This document shows positions 46,772 through 57,302 of a stretch of DNA of 64,000 nt, one piece after another. The position numbers and the translations under genes were made by a program. How positions within the stretch are numbered: position 1 is the first letter of the stretch; each line of letters starts with the position of its first letter. The DNA is taken from positions 10,702 through 74,701 of the forward strand of contig CAKPGU010000009.1 in assembly GCA_934155265.1 (NCBI GenBank), written 5' to 3'. The DNA comes from an uncultured Clostridia bacterium (lineage in GTDB: Bacteria; Bacillota; Clostridia; TANB77; CAG-508). Below the pieces are notes generated by a model. The model did no database searches, was not told where the DNA came from, and saw only the letters and a list, made by a program, of their open reading frames with translations.

Positions 46772-47726
46772 GAAAATGGATATTCCTGAGGAATTAAAAA
46801 ATGCAATAGAAGATTTGCTAGCAAGAAATAAAACAAATGAAATAATAGAAAATGCTCAAATAATAAGTAATAGATATCGAAACAATGATGGAAAAGGAAA
46901 AAGACTTTTAACTGAACAAAATGAGGCAATATCATATGCGATATCAAGAATGCCTGCAACATATGCAGCTGTATATACAGCTGTACAGCAAACAATAGAG
47001 AATTATGATGAAAATTTGGAAACATTATTTGACATAGGTGCTGGAACTGGAGCAGCAACTTGGGCTATAAATGATTTGATAGAAATAACTGAAGCAGAAT
47101 GTTTTGAACGTGAAAGTAATATGATAAATATAGGTAAACAGCTTATGAGTAATACTGAATTGAGTAAAGTTAAATGGAAACATTTTGATGTGATACAAGA
47201 TAATATTACAGAAAAATCTGATATTGTTATAACATCATATATGATAAATGAATTACCTGAAAATGAAAAAGAAACTGTAATTGAAAAACTGTGGAATGCA
47301 ACAAATAAATTGCTTATAATTATAGAACCAGGAACTCCAGCAGGATTTAATAATATTTTGAAAGTAAGAGAAAGATTATTAAAGAATGGAGGATATATTA
47401 TTGCACCTTGTAGTCATCAAGGAGAATGTAAGATAGCAAAAGATGATTGGTGTGCATTTTATACAAGAGTTTTTAGAAGTGCTATTCACAAAAAATCAAA
47501 AAAAGGAGAACTTGGATATGAAGATGAAAAATTTTCTTATATAGCATTTTCAAAGTTACCAGTGAAAATTGATGGTAATAGGATATTAAGACATCCTCAA
47601 ATTTATAAAGGATATGTAAATGTAAAGTTGTGTACCAAAGACGGAATTCAAGAAAAAAAGTATTCTAAAAAAGATGGAGATATCTATAAAAAAGTAAGAA
47701 AACTAGATGCTGGAGAAAAGATTTAA
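46758..47726 (+). CDS. class I SAM-dependent methyltransferase, Rsm22-like
   Basis: SAM motif I LFDIGAGTGAATWAI. C-terminal Cys cluster CSHQGECKIAKDDWCAFYTRV typical of the Rsm22 family. Confidence 0.55.
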   Translation: MKGVKKMDIPEELKNAIEDLLARNKTNEIIENAQIISNRYRNNDGKGKRLLTEQNEAISYAISRMPATYAAVYTAVQQTIENYDENLETLFDIGAGTGAATWAINDLIEITEAECFERESNMINIGKQLMSNTELSKVKWKHFDVIQDNITEKSDIVITSYMINELPENEKETVIEKLWNATNKLLIIIEPGTPAGFNNILKVRERLLKNGGYIIAPCSHQGECKIAKDDWCAFYTRVFRSAIHKKSKKGELGYEDEKFSYIAFSKLPVKIDGNRILRHPQIYKGYVNVKLCTKDGIQEKKYSKKDGDIYKKVRKLDAGEKI

Positions 47727-47770
47727 AGATTGTTGAAAAAGATTTAAAAATATGGTATTATATTAACATA

Positions 47771-48727
47771 ATGACAAATGTCATGTTGAAACCGTTAAAA
47801 CATTTACTTAAGGAGGTACAAAGCATGAAACGGTATAAGAAGTTTGTATTTGAGGCACAAGAAGGGATAAATCTTGAAGTTTCAAAGGGAGAAAATGAAG
47901 AACTTATCATTAAAGCAATGATTGGTACTGGAAAGTGTCAAAATTATCAAAATCCACCAATACCATATGGTTACAGATATGTTACAGGAGAATGGTATAG
48001 TGGTTTTGTAATTGAAAGATTATCAGACGGAAGTCAATTCGTTTGGATTCCGGTAGGGTATTTGGATGCAAATGGAACATTAGATGGAGTAGTGTTTAAT
48101 AGAAAATTTGGAAGAAGAAATTATCAAAAAGACAGATTTTCTTCAGAATTATATCATGAAACATTTAATGGTGAGCTGAAGTTACAGGCTGAAAGTGTAA
48201 AAAAACATGGAGGATTTTATTTTTCTCGTTATAATATTTCTAAAAACGAGAAGACAGGTAAACCACAGTCAGTAAAAGGTGAAAGACCTTGGACAGGCAT
48301 TAATTTTGATGAAGCTATGCAGATTTCAGCTACTATGGAAACAAGCTACGCAATAAAAAGCCATTTGATATTCGGAGCTGAATATGATTCAGTATTAGAG
48401 TGGATTATAAAATCAAAGGCTAAATCATATGAAGAGATTGCATGTGATTCTACTGATTTTGGAAATTACGATAATACATGGAAAGGTATAAAAAAGGTTG
48501 CTGAAACAGATAGTAAAAAAGAATGGCAGATTAACAATATCTGTGATTTAGCTGGTAATGTTTCTGAATTGACACAGGAACAGTTTCATGATGATTCACA
48601 GCATGTTAGACGTGGAGGTAGTTGTTTTGATGAGGGAGACAATAATCCTGTAAGTTTTCGCTTAGGAATTGAAGATATTTATAAGTTAGAAACAATGGGA
48701 TTTCGAATTGCCCTCTATATCAAGTAA
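47771..48727 (+). CDS. formylglycine-generating enzyme (SUMF1/FGE-sulfatase) family protein
   Basis: C-terminal RGGSCFDEGDNNPVSFRLGIEDIYKLETMGFRIA matches the FGE-sulfatase domain ending. Followed by an intrinsic terminator. Confidence 0.5.
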   Translation: MTNVMLKPLKHLLKEVQSMKRYKKFVFEAQEGINLEVSKGENEELIIKAMIGTGKCQNYQNPPIPYGYRYVTGEWYSGFVIERLSDGSQFVWIPVGYLDANGTLDGVVFNRKFGRRNYQKDRFSSELYHETFNGELKLQAESVKKHGGFYFSRYNISKNEKTGKPQSVKGERPWTGINFDEAMQISATMETSYAIKSHLIFGAEYDSVLEWIIKSKAKSYEEIACDSTDFGNYDNTWKGIKKVAETDSKKEWQINNICDLAGNVSELTQEQFHDDSQHVRRGGSCFDEGDNNPVSFRLGIEDIYKLETMGFRIALYIK

Positions 48728-48752
48728 TTATCTGAGTAAAATGCAAACAATA

Positions 48753-48792
48753 AAAGAGAGAACTTTAAAAATTTAAAGATTCTCTCTTTTTT
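48753..48792 (+). terminator. intrinsic terminator after the FGE-like gene
   Basis: AAAGAGAGAA-loop-TTCTCTCTTTTTT. Confidence 0.7.
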
Positions 48793-48921
48793 GGCTTTAT
48801 AGTTGATTAGACTCATCTAATATAATATAAAAAGTAAAAAAAGTTTTTACATAAAAAATATCAAAAAAAGCTGACAAATCAATACTTTAGTGATATAATC
48901 TTGGCTAAAGGAGGAATTTAT

Positions 48922-49365
48922 ATGTTAAAAGAAAAATTAATGGAAGATTTAAAAGAATCTATGAAAAATAAAGATGTAATAAGAAAAAATACAATTCAAA
49001 TGGTAAGAGCTGCAATATTGCAAATAGAGAAGGATAAAGGAATTGAAGTTGAAGATGATAAAATATTAGATATAATTTCAAAAGAGGTAAAAAGCAAAAA
49101 AGATGTATTAAAAGATTTTGAAAAAGCAGAAAGGCAAGATTTGATAGATCAAACAAATCAAGAAATTTCGGTACTTCAAGAATATTTACCAAAGCAATTA
49201 AGTAGAGAAGAAGTAAAAGCAGAAGTAGAAAAAATAATTGCAGAAATTGGAGCAACATCAATGAAGGATATGGGAGCAATTATGAAAGAAGCAAAAGCTA
49301 AAATGGGAGCTTCAGCAGAAGGAAAAACAATAAATGAAGTTGCAAAAGAAATAATGGGATTATAA
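48922..49365 (+). CDS. GatB/YqeY domain protein
   Basis: Start chosen at ATG 48922, preceded by RBS AAAGGAGG (48907-48914); the longer ORF starts at 48901. Typical YqeY composition and length (~148 aa). Confidence 0.65.
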   Translation: MLKEKLMEDLKESMKNKDVIRKNTIQMVRAAILQIEKDKGIEVEDDKILDIISKEVKSKKDVLKDFEKAERQDLIDQTNQEISVLQEYLPKQLSREEVKAEVEKIIAEIGATSMKDMGAIMKEAKAKMGASAEGKTINEVAKEIMGL

Positions 49366-49382
49366 AGGAATGAAATATTAAT

Positions 49383-50003
49383 ATGAAAATGATATATGGA
49401 ACTTCAAATGCCAATAAAGTGAAAGATATAAAATCAATAATAGAAGCAAATGGAGAAAGATGGGAAGTAATATCTTTAAAGGATATTGGATTTTTGAGTG
49501 AAATCGAAGAAAATGGAAAAACATTTGAAGAGAATTCAGAAATAAAAGCAAGGGCTGTTAAGGAATATTGTGATAAAAATAATATAGAATATGATATTAT
49601 AACAACAGATGATGCTGGATTATGTGTTGACTGTTTAAATGGTGAACCAGGAGTTTTATCAGCAAGATATACTGGTTCACATTCAGCAAGCCAAGAAGAA
49701 ATATTAAATAAATTGCTAGAAAATATTAAGAAAACAGGAGATAAAGAGAGAAAGGCAAAATTTGTATGTGTATTAACAAGTTTTCTTAAAGATGGAACTA
49801 AAATTGTTTCAAGAGGAGAATGTCAAGGAAGAATTGCTTCAAATATCAAAAAACTTGGAGGATTAACATATTCACCTGTATTTATTCCTAATGGATATGA
49901 TGTACCAATGTCAGAATTAAATGCAGAAGAATATGAAAAAGCTCATAATCATAGAGCATTAGCATTTTTACAGTTGTTACGTGAAATGAAAAATGTCAAA
50001 TAA
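49383..50003 (+). CDS. rdgB: non-canonical purine NTP pyrophosphatase (RdgB/Ham1 family)
   Basis: Motifs IYGTSNANK, TDDAGLCVDCLNGEPGVLSARY, FIPNGYD. Confidence 0.85.
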   Translation: MKMIYGTSNANKVKDIKSIIEANGERWEVISLKDIGFLSEIEENGKTFEENSEIKARAVKEYCDKNNIEYDIITTDDAGLCVDCLNGEPGVLSARYTGSHSASQEEILNKLLENIKKTGDKERKAKFVCVLTSFLKDGTKIVSRGECQGRIASNIKKLGGLTYSPVFIPNGYDVPMSELNAEEYEKAHNHRALAFLQLLREMKNVK

Positions 50004-50380
50004 CGAAAAAGGAAAAATAGAGAGAATAAATATGAAAAAATGAGAAATAATATAACTAGCATATGAAATTTAAAAAAATTGAACCTCAGGTAGGTTGCAA
50101 TAGATAAAAGAATATGCTATTATATTAATAACAAAAACGAAAAGCAAAAAAACAATGCCCTGCATAGTACGTGTAGCACAGAATTTTTAGAACCTACAAG
50201 TTTAAAGAGGGGTCAGAACTTTGGATATGGCGTGCAAGCTTACACTTTTTGCAAATGATAATTACATTTCGAGTAGTAAGAAGCCCAGGAGTATTCAAGC
50301 AGACACCCACCTGTCGAAGACAGGTCCTTAAAAATTCAGACAACTTACGGCTAAGGCGGGGGTTGTTTTTTTGTGCAATT

Positions 50381-50440
50381 GGGGACGGTTCTTTTTTGCT
50401 ATTTTGTAATTTAGTGACATGTCCAAATTAACTAAAAGAA
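50381..50440. repeat. REP-B element
   Basis: GGGGACGGTTCTTTTTTGCTATTTTGTAATTTAGTGACATGTCC. Reverse-complement match to 63866-63920. Confidence 0.6.
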
Positions 50441-50473
50441 AACCCTAGTAGAAAATCTACTAGGGAATTTTTG
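50434..50473. terminator. bidirectional terminator (perfect 9-bp stem) at the 3' end of the flotillin-like gene
   Basis: AAAAGAAAA-CCCTAGTAG-AAAAT-CTACTAGGG-AATTTTTG. Confidence 0.7.
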
Positions 50474-50507
50474 TCGGAAAATATATTTAATACTATATTA
50501 CTTATGT

Positions 50508-52244
50508 TTATTTGTCAGGTGTACTTGATGAATCAATTGAAGTTTTTTCTTCGTGTAATGCACTAAGTCCAGAAAGTGCAGAATCGGAAAGATCTTTTAC
50601 TTCTGCTGTAACATTACGGCCATTAAGTGCCTGATTCTCGGTATTGAGAATCTTCATAAGACCAGGAATCTGAGAAAGTGTGTCAATTAAGACATTTCCA
50701 CTACCAGAGTTTCCATTTGCACCTGGAAGGTTAGCTCCACCAATATTAACAAATTCAGCATTCTGACCAATATTAGCCATGATTTCAGCTGTTTTTGTTG
50801 CAATCTGAATTTGAGCATCTGTTTTAATTTTAAGAGACTCAATTTCAAAGTTAACCTTGTCATTAGCTGCACGAGCTTCAGCAAGAGCTCTTTCACCTTC
50901 AGCTTCAGCAAGTTTCTTAGCTTTGATACCTTCGGCTTCTGCAAGCAGTTTAGCCTTAACACCTTCTGCATCGGCGAGTAAATCAGCTTTTTTACCATCA
51001 GCTTCAGCTTCAGCTTTGGCTTTAACAACTTCTGCGTCAGCATGACCTGTTGCTTTAATTTTTTCGGCTTCAGCTTCTGCTTTTTTCTTAACTGCACTTG
51101 CATCTCGTTCTGCAACTGCTACACGTGCATCAGCCTGTGTTGTTTCAACATCTGCATTACCTTTTGCTTCCTGTCGTTTTGCATTAGCATTACTTTCAGC
51201 AACTTTAATTGAGGTTTCTGCTTCAATTGCTTTAACATTAGCTTCAGCTTCTGCACTGATTTTCATGGTTTCTTTTTCAGCTTCTGCACGAGTGATTTTG
51301 ACTTCTCGTTCTTTTTGGGCTGCAAGGTTTGCCTGTTCCTGTTTCATGACTTCAACTTCACCTTTACGCTGTTCAACTTCCTGCTGGCGAAGTGTTAACT
51401 GAAGTTCTTTAGCAACTTCGGCATTGGCCTGAGCAGTATCTGTTTCTGTTCGATACTGAGCTTTTTTGATGTCAGTTTCTTTACGCTTTTCAGCTTCAAT
51501 CTGCTCTGCGTCCATTTTGGCAAGTTCAGATTCTCTTCTTGCATTTGCTTCAGCAATTTCTGCTGACTGAAGCTCAATAGCAGTTTTTTCACGAGTTTCG
51601 CGATCAACTTTTGCAGCTTTAATATCTGCTGCCTGCTGTTTATCTGCTGCATCAATAGATGCAATGTTTTCATAGTATCCATTATTATCAGATACATCCT
51701 GGATATTAAGAGAGACTAATTCAAGTCCCATTTTATCCATTTCATCTGATACATTTGATTCTACTTCCTGTTTGAATTTCTCCTTATCAGTAAGAATCTG
51801 TTCAGGTGTCATGGATGCTACAACATCACGAACTGCACCCATAAGAGTGAGTTTTACATCATTAATGATACCTTCTTTACCTCTTTCTTTGAAAGAGATA
51901 ATCGCTGTTGTAAGCTTTTGTTCATCTCTTACGTCAGGACGAATCTGTGCAGTCCAATCTGCTACAATTGGAACAGCAGTAGATGTCAGAATTTCATCTT
52001 CATCTGCACGGACAGTAATCATGCAAAGGTCGAAAGTATCAGCTTTCCGAATAATTGGAATTACAAAAGCACCACCGGAAACGATAATTTTTGGCTTTTT
52101 ACCACCAGTGATAATAAGTGCTTTATCAATGCTTGCTACTTTATACATTGACTTTGCAATGAGTAAAAAAGCTGCAATAATGATTGCAATTATTGCTACA
52201 ACGATTACAATTGGAACAACCGTGCTAATAAAAGAACTGAACAT
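50508..52244 (-). CDS. flotillin-like SPFH/band-7 domain protein (FloT/YuaG-like)
   Basis: N-terminal TM. SPFH domain. Long Ala/Glu/Lys-rich coiled coil (EAEAEKIKA, AKAEAEADGKKADLLADAEGVKAKLLAEAEG). Bidirectional terminator at 50434-50473. Confidence 0.8.
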   Translation of the reverse strand: MFSSFISTVVPIVIVVAIIAIIIAAFLLIAKSMYKVASIDKALIITGGKKPKIIVSGGAFVIPIIRKADTFDLCMITVRADEDEILTSTAVPIVADWTAQIRPDVRDEQKLTTAIISFKERGKEGIINDVKLTLMGAVRDVVASMTPEQILTDKEKFKQEVESNVSDEMDKMGLELVSLNIQDVSDNNGYYENIASIDAADKQQAADIKAAKVDRETREKTAIELQSAEIAEANARRESELAKMDAEQIEAEKRKETDIKKAQYRTETDTAQANAEVAKELQLTLRQQEVEQRKGEVEVMKQEQANLAAQKEREVKITRAEAEKETMKISAEAEANVKAIEAETSIKVAESNANAKRQEAKGNADVETTQADARVAVAERDASAVKKKAEAEAEKIKATGHADAEVVKAKAEAEADGKKADLLADAEGVKAKLLAEAEGIKAKKLAEAEGERALAEARAANDKVNFEIESLKIKTDAQIQIATKTAEIMANIGQNAEFVNIGGANLPGANGNSGSGNVLIDTLSQIPGLMKILNTENQALNGRNVTAEVKDLSDSALSGLSALHEEKTSIDSSSTPDK

Positions 52245-52419
52245 ATTGTGTCCTCCGTTTTGTTTTATATGTGTATTTTCAAGTTACGATGATTATTAAT
52301 ATACGTATATATTTTCCGACATAGAATGAAAATGTTTCATTCTGTTTATATACTAACAATCTGTAAAATTATATCATGCTTTACATAAAAAGTCAACAAA
52401 GAGAAAACAAAATGTGGAA

Positions 52420-52470
52420 AAATGTACCGGGTACATTTTTTCCAAGGGCAAATTTGTACCGGGTACAAAA
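52420..52470. repeat. REP-A element (TGTACCGGGTACA x2)
   Basis: Near-identical arrangement to 60969-61014. Confidence 0.75.
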
Positions 52471-52655
52471 TTTCCCTAAACTGGAAAAAATATTGATTTT
52501 TATGTAAATTTATAATATAATTTATTGTAGGTATTTTTAGTATACATGTCAAAGGCGAAATGACTTTTGTAGCTTAAAATGTATATGAATAAATATACTT
52601 TAGGAAAGGAGATAAAACTGTTACTGTAAAAGAGCTTAAAGAAAGGATAGACTAT

Positions 52656-53579
52656 ATGGATAATACAGAAGCTTTAACACTAACACCAAAACGACTTTTT
52701 AGTCCATTAGGAGGAAAATGGATAAATTTAGATTGTGACCCATTAAACACATATAGAGAATGTGATGGTATCTACTATGAACAGATGGGGTATGCAATAA
52801 CAGCTAATTCAAAATGGATGCGTTTTAGAGGCAACATTCCTTGCTATGGAATATCAATAGCTCCATCAGAAATAAGTGTACTAAGTTTTGATTTTGAAAT
52901 TATAGAGTCATTGAGTGAGATTAAGGGGAAAGACGGAAATGATAGATATGTAATCGAACTTCCTTTAGAGGTAGATGTTGCTGATTGGATAAAAAGGGAG
53001 ACATGCAAAGAAATTGGATGTAAAGATTATAATTCTTGCAATTTACTTCAAAAGTTGGAAAATAATGATATTATCCAAAATAATGGCACAAATAGATATG
53101 TGCAGATAGTGTACAAGATTGAATTTGATAAGGAAAATCAAGCAACTATATCAGATTTTTTAAATATGGACATTGAATTTGGCCAGAACGAAGATCAGAA
53201 TTTAGTAAGTACAATTATGGGAATTGCTGTAATGAACGAGAATGGCTGGAGTATCTTTGATGCTAATAAAGATGAAATTACAAATATTAATGTAATAAGA
53301 AATAAAAACATTTTTCCTATATACATTATGCCAGCTACAGATATAAAAAGAGGAGACCTGATTAAAGAGTCTGGGGAATATTATTATGTGACAGAGGTAC
53401 ATAATCATAATATAATTACTATTAATGCAAAAAATGGTGAGATGAAGGCAATTAAGCCTCATCGAGATGTTCGAGGTAAAAAGTATTATGTTAAACTGAC
53501 TTCGTTTATGGATTTCCTTGACTTTGGTGGAGACTCCAATCTTCTAAAAATGATGATGTTAATGAATAAAGACAAATAA
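52656..53579 (+). CDS. hypothetical protein (307 aa)
   Basis: ORF with GGAG RBS. Terminator at 53600-53635. Confidence 0.4.
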   Translation: MDNTEALTLTPKRLFSPLGGKWINLDCDPLNTYRECDGIYYEQMGYAITANSKWMRFRGNIPCYGISIAPSEISVLSFDFEIIESLSEIKGKDGNDRYVIELPLEVDVADWIKRETCKEIGCKDYNSCNLLQKLENNDIIQNNGTNRYVQIVYKIEFDKENQATISDFLNMDIEFGQNEDQNLVSTIMGIAVMNENGWSIFDANKDEITNINVIRNKNIFPIYIMPATDIKRGDLIKESGEYYYVTEVHNHNIITINAKNGEMKAIKPHRDVRGKKYYVKLTSFMDFLDFGGDSNLLKMMMLMNKDK

Positions 53580-53599
53580 TAGTTAAATCTCTATGAAAG

Positions 53600-53635
53600 A
53601 TCCCAATAAGATGTAAACCTTGTTGGGATTTTTTC
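53600..53635 (+). terminator. intrinsic terminator after 52656..53579
   Basis: TCCCAATAAG-ATGTAAAC-CTTGTTGGGA followed by TTTTTT. Confidence 0.6.
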
Positions 53636-53714
53636 CTTAAATATATTTCAAATCAAGAAAAAATATGATAAAATAACCCAAGAAAAGAAAAATAAAAATG
53701 GAGGAATTAGAAAA

Positions 53715-56700
53715 ATGGCAGAATTTGTGCACTTACATATACACAGTGAATTCAGTTTATTAGATGGAGCAAACAGAATAAAAGACTTGCCAGTAAGAGC
53801 AAAAGAACTAGGAATGAAAGCAATGGCAATAACAGATCATGGAGTTATGTATGGTGCAATTGACTTTTATAAAGCATGCAAAAAAGAGGGAATAAAACCT
53901 ATTATAGGATGTGAAGTATATGTTGCACCACGTTCAAGGCTTAATAAAGAACCTAATATTGACAATAGATATAACCATTTAATTTTACTTGCAAAAAATC
54001 AGCAAGGTTATCAAAACTTAAGTAAATTAGTCTCAATTGGTTTTACAGAAGGTTATTATTACAAACCTCGTATAGATTTAGAAGTATTAGAAAAATATCA
54101 TGAAGGGTTAATATGTTTAAGTGCATGTTTAGCAGGGGCGGTAAATCAAGCATTACTAAATGGGCAAAACGAAAAAGCAGAAGAGATTGCTTTATGGCAT
54201 AAAAAAGTTTTTGGAGAAGATTATTATATAGAAATTCAAAACAATGGAATAAAAGAACAAGTATTAGCAAATCAAAAATTAGTACAACTTGCAAGAAAAC
54301 TAGATATTCCGCTAGTAGCTACAAATGACGCACATTACTTAAAAAGAGAAGATGCATATAATCATGAAATTTTGCTATGTATTCAAACTGGAAAAAGAAT
54401 GAGTGACCCTGATAGAATGAAGTTTGAAACAGATGAATTGTATGTAAAATCACCTGAAGAAATGAGTGAATATTTTTCAGCATTTCCAGATGCAATAGAA
54501 AATACAGTAAAAATAGCTGATAAATGTAATGTTGAATTTGAATTTGGACATACAATATTGCCTAATTATGATGTACCACCTGAATTTCCAACACATTATG
54601 ATTTTTTAAAAAAGCTTTGTGATGATGGATTAAAAAAGAGATATGGAGAAAATTTATCAGAAGAAATCATAAAGAGAGCAGAATATGAAATCGGTATAAT
54701 TAAAAAAATGGGTTATGTTGATTATTATTTAATTGTTTGGGACTTTATACATTTTGCAAAAAGCAATGGAATTCCTGTTGGACCTGGAAGAGGTTCAGGA
54801 GCTGGTTCAATTTTGGCATATGCAATAGAAATAACTGATATTGACCCAATGAAATATGGATTACTTTTTGAAAGATTTTTGAATCCTGAAAGAATAAGTA
54901 TGCCTGATTTTGATGTTGACTTTTCAGATGTTGATAGACAAAAAGTAATTGACTATGTGTCAGGAAAATATGGACATGACCATGTTTCACAGATTATAAC
55001 GTTTGGAACAATGGCTGCTAAAATGGTAATTCGTGATGTTGCAAGAGTTCTAGATTTTCCATATTCAGAAGCTGATAAAATTGCCAAAATGATTCCAAAT
55101 GAATTACATATAACTATTCCAAAGGCACTAGAACAAAACAAAGAACTAAAAGATTTATATGATAATGATGAATTAATACATAAATTATTAGATATAGCAA
55201 TGGCATTAGAAGGAATGCCAAGACAGGCTTCAACACATGCCTGTGGTGTTGTAATCACAAAAGATCCAGTTGATACATATGTTCCATTATATGTAAGAGA
55301 CAATCAGATTTCAACACAATACATAATGACAACATTGGAAGAACTAGGACTACTAAAAATGGACTTTCTTGGTCTTAGAACTTTAACTGTTATAAAAGAC
55401 ACTGTTAATCTTGTAAAAGAAAACAGGGGCATAGATGTCGAATTTGACCAAGAGATGTCAGATCAAAAAGTATATAAATTGTGGCAAGAAGGAAGTACAT
55501 CAGGAATATTTCAATTTGAATCACAAGGAATGACAAACTTCATGAAAGAATTGAAGCCAGACTGTTTAGAAGATTTAATAGCCGGTGTTTCATTATATAG
55601 ACCTGGTCCAATGGATCAAATACCAAGATATATCAGAGGAAAACAAAATCCTGGTCATAATGAATACACACATCCAAGTTTAGAGCCAATATTAAATGTA
55701 ACATATGGATGTATGGTATATCAGGAACAAGTAATGCAAATTGTAAGAGATTTAGCAGGATATTCTCTTGGTAGAGCAGATTTAGTTCGTAGAGCAATGG
55801 GAAAGAAAAAGCTTGATGTTATGGCAAAAGAAAGAGAAGTATTTATAAATGGTCAAGTTGATGAAAATGGAAACATTGAAGTACCGGGATGTGTAAGAAA
55901 TGGGATTGATGCAGAATCTGCAAATAAAATATTTGATGAAATGGCTGAATTTGCAAAATATGCATTTAATAAATCACATGCTGCATGTTATGCAGTTGTA
56001 GCATATAGAACGGCATATTTAAAAGCATATTATCCGGCTGAATTTATGGCATCAATGTTAAATAGTTATTTAGGAAATTTAGACAAAGTTCCTGATTATA
56101 TAGATGAATGCAAGAAACTTGGAATCGAAATATTGAAACCAGAAATAAATAAAAGTTATTCAAGATTTACAGTTGAATCAGGTAAAATACGTTTTGGGTT
56201 AGGAAGTATTAAAAATGTTGGATTACAACCAGTTGCTAATATAATCAAAGAAAGAGATGCCAATGGACCTTTTACAAGTTTCACAGATTTTTGTGAGAGA
56301 ATGGCAGGAGAAGCGGTAAATAAAAAATGTATCGAAAGCTTAATAAAAGCTGGAACATTTGGAGAATTTCCAGAAACAAGAGCTACATTACTTGCGTCAT
56401 TTGAAACTATAATAGATACGATTCAATCTTATAACAAAAAAGGTATGGATGGACAAGTATCAATGTTCGACTTAGGAAGTTCATCAGACTTATCATCAGA
56501 AGCGGAAAATAATTTAGAAGAAATTAAATACAATTTCTCAGAGCAACCGGAATTAAACGAAAAAGAACTATTATCAATGGAAAAAGAGATGCTTGGAATT
56601 TATGTTTCAGGACATCCATTACAAAAAATACGAGAGCAAATAATTGCAAGTACTAATATATCATCTATGCAAATGAAAGAGATTGACGAAATAAATAGTA

Positions 56701-57230
56701 TAGGCGCCGATGGAGAAAACTCAGATGTAAGAGTCAAGGAAGTTGCCAAATTTGTCGATGGACAAGAAGTTAGAATTGCAGGAATAATTACATCTGTAAA
56801 AAAGAAATATACAAAAAATAATAAAATCATGGCATTTGTGAGCATTGAAGATTTATATGGTTCTGCTGAAATTATAGTTTTCGAGCCAACATACTTAAAA
56901 GCACAAGATGTTTTAGTGGAAGAAAATATTGTTATGATAAGTGGTAGACTTAGTATTAGGGAAGATGATGAAACAAAAATTGTAGCAAATAAGATAGAAA
57001 ATTTTGGGGCATCAAAACCTAAAATGTTAACATTAAATATCACAAATATCACTGAAGAACAAAAAGCAAAACTAAGAGGTGCAATAAAATTTTTTGGAGG
57101 AGAACAAAACAATATAAGTGTTGTAATTAAAATAGGTGAGGATTTGAAGTCATGTGGTGCAATTTATTTGACAGATGAGATTTTAAAGGTTTTTGAAGAG
57201 ATTGTTGGAAAAGAAAATTGCTTAATATAA
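53715..57230 (+). CDS. dnaE: DNA polymerase III alpha subunit
   Basis: 1171 aa. N-terminal PHP domain LHIHSEFSLLDGA. Polymerase core and OB-fold. GGAGG RBS. Confidence 0.95.
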   Translation: MAEFVHLHIHSEFSLLDGANRIKDLPVRAKELGMKAMAITDHGVMYGAIDFYKACKKEGIKPIIGCEVYVAPRSRLNKEPNIDNRYNHLILLAKNQQGYQNLSKLVSIGFTEGYYYKPRIDLEVLEKYHEGLICLSACLAGAVNQALLNGQNEKAEEIALWHKKVFGEDYYIEIQNNGIKEQVLANQKLVQLARKLDIPLVATNDAHYLKREDAYNHEILLCIQTGKRMSDPDRMKFETDELYVKSPEEMSEYFSAFPDAIENTVKIADKCNVEFEFGHTILPNYDVPPEFPTHYDFLKKLCDDGLKKRYGENLSEEIIKRAEYEIGIIKKMGYVDYYLIVWDFIHFAKSNGIPVGPGRGSGAGSILAYAIEITDIDPMKYGLLFERFLNPERISMPDFDVDFSDVDRQKVIDYVSGKYGHDHVSQIITFGTMAAKMVIRDVARVLDFPYSEADKIAKMIPNELHITIPKALEQNKELKDLYDNDELIHKLLDIAMALEGMPRQASTHACGVVITKDPVDTYVPLYVRDNQISTQYIMTTLEELGLLKMDFLGLRTLTVIKDTVNLVKENRGIDVEFDQEMSDQKVYKLWQEGSTSGIFQFESQGMTNFMKELKPDCLEDLIAGVSLYRPGPMDQIPRYIRGKQNPGHNEYTHPSLEPILNVTYGCMVYQEQVMQIVRDLAGYSLGRADLVRRAMGKKKLDVMAKEREVFINGQVDENGNIEVPGCVRNGIDAESANKIFDEMAEFAKYAFNKSHAACYAVVAYRTAYLKAYYPAEFMASMLNSYLGNLDKVPDYIDECKKLGIEILKPEINKSYSRFTVESGKIRFGLGSIKNVGLQPVANIIKERDANGPFTSFTDFCERMAGEAVNKKCIESLIKAGTFGEFPETRATLLASFETIIDTIQSYNKKGMDGQVSMFDLGSSSDLSSEAENNLEEIKYNFSEQPELNEKELLSMEKEMLGIYVSGHPLQKIREQIIASTNISSMQMKEIDEINSIGADGENSDVRVKEVAKFVDGQEVRIAGIITSVKKKYTKNNKIMAFVSIEDLYGSAEIIVFEPTYLKAQDVLVEENIVMISGRLSIREDDETKIVANKIENFGASKPKMLTLNITNITEEQKAKLRGAIKFFGGEQNNISVVIKIGEDLKSCGAIYLTDEILKVFEEIVGKENCLI

Positions 57231-57244
57231 AAATGTAAAAATAG

Positions 57245-57296
57245 GACCGGGTACAAAATGCTATTTTGGTAAAAAAGTGCATTTTGTACCCGGTCC
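57245..57296. terminator. REP-A hairpin between convergent dnaE and the truncated mgtA paralog
   Basis: GGACCGGGTACAAAATGC .. GCATTTTGTACCCGGTCC followed by TTTTTTT. Confidence 0.75.
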
Positions 57297-57302
57297 ATTT
57301 TT

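Noticed and set aside
50249-50431. 60-aa ORF in the rdgB-flotillin gap
   Set aside because: No RBS. Arg/Cys-rich improbable composition. It overlaps a REP-B element and a putative ncRNA region.
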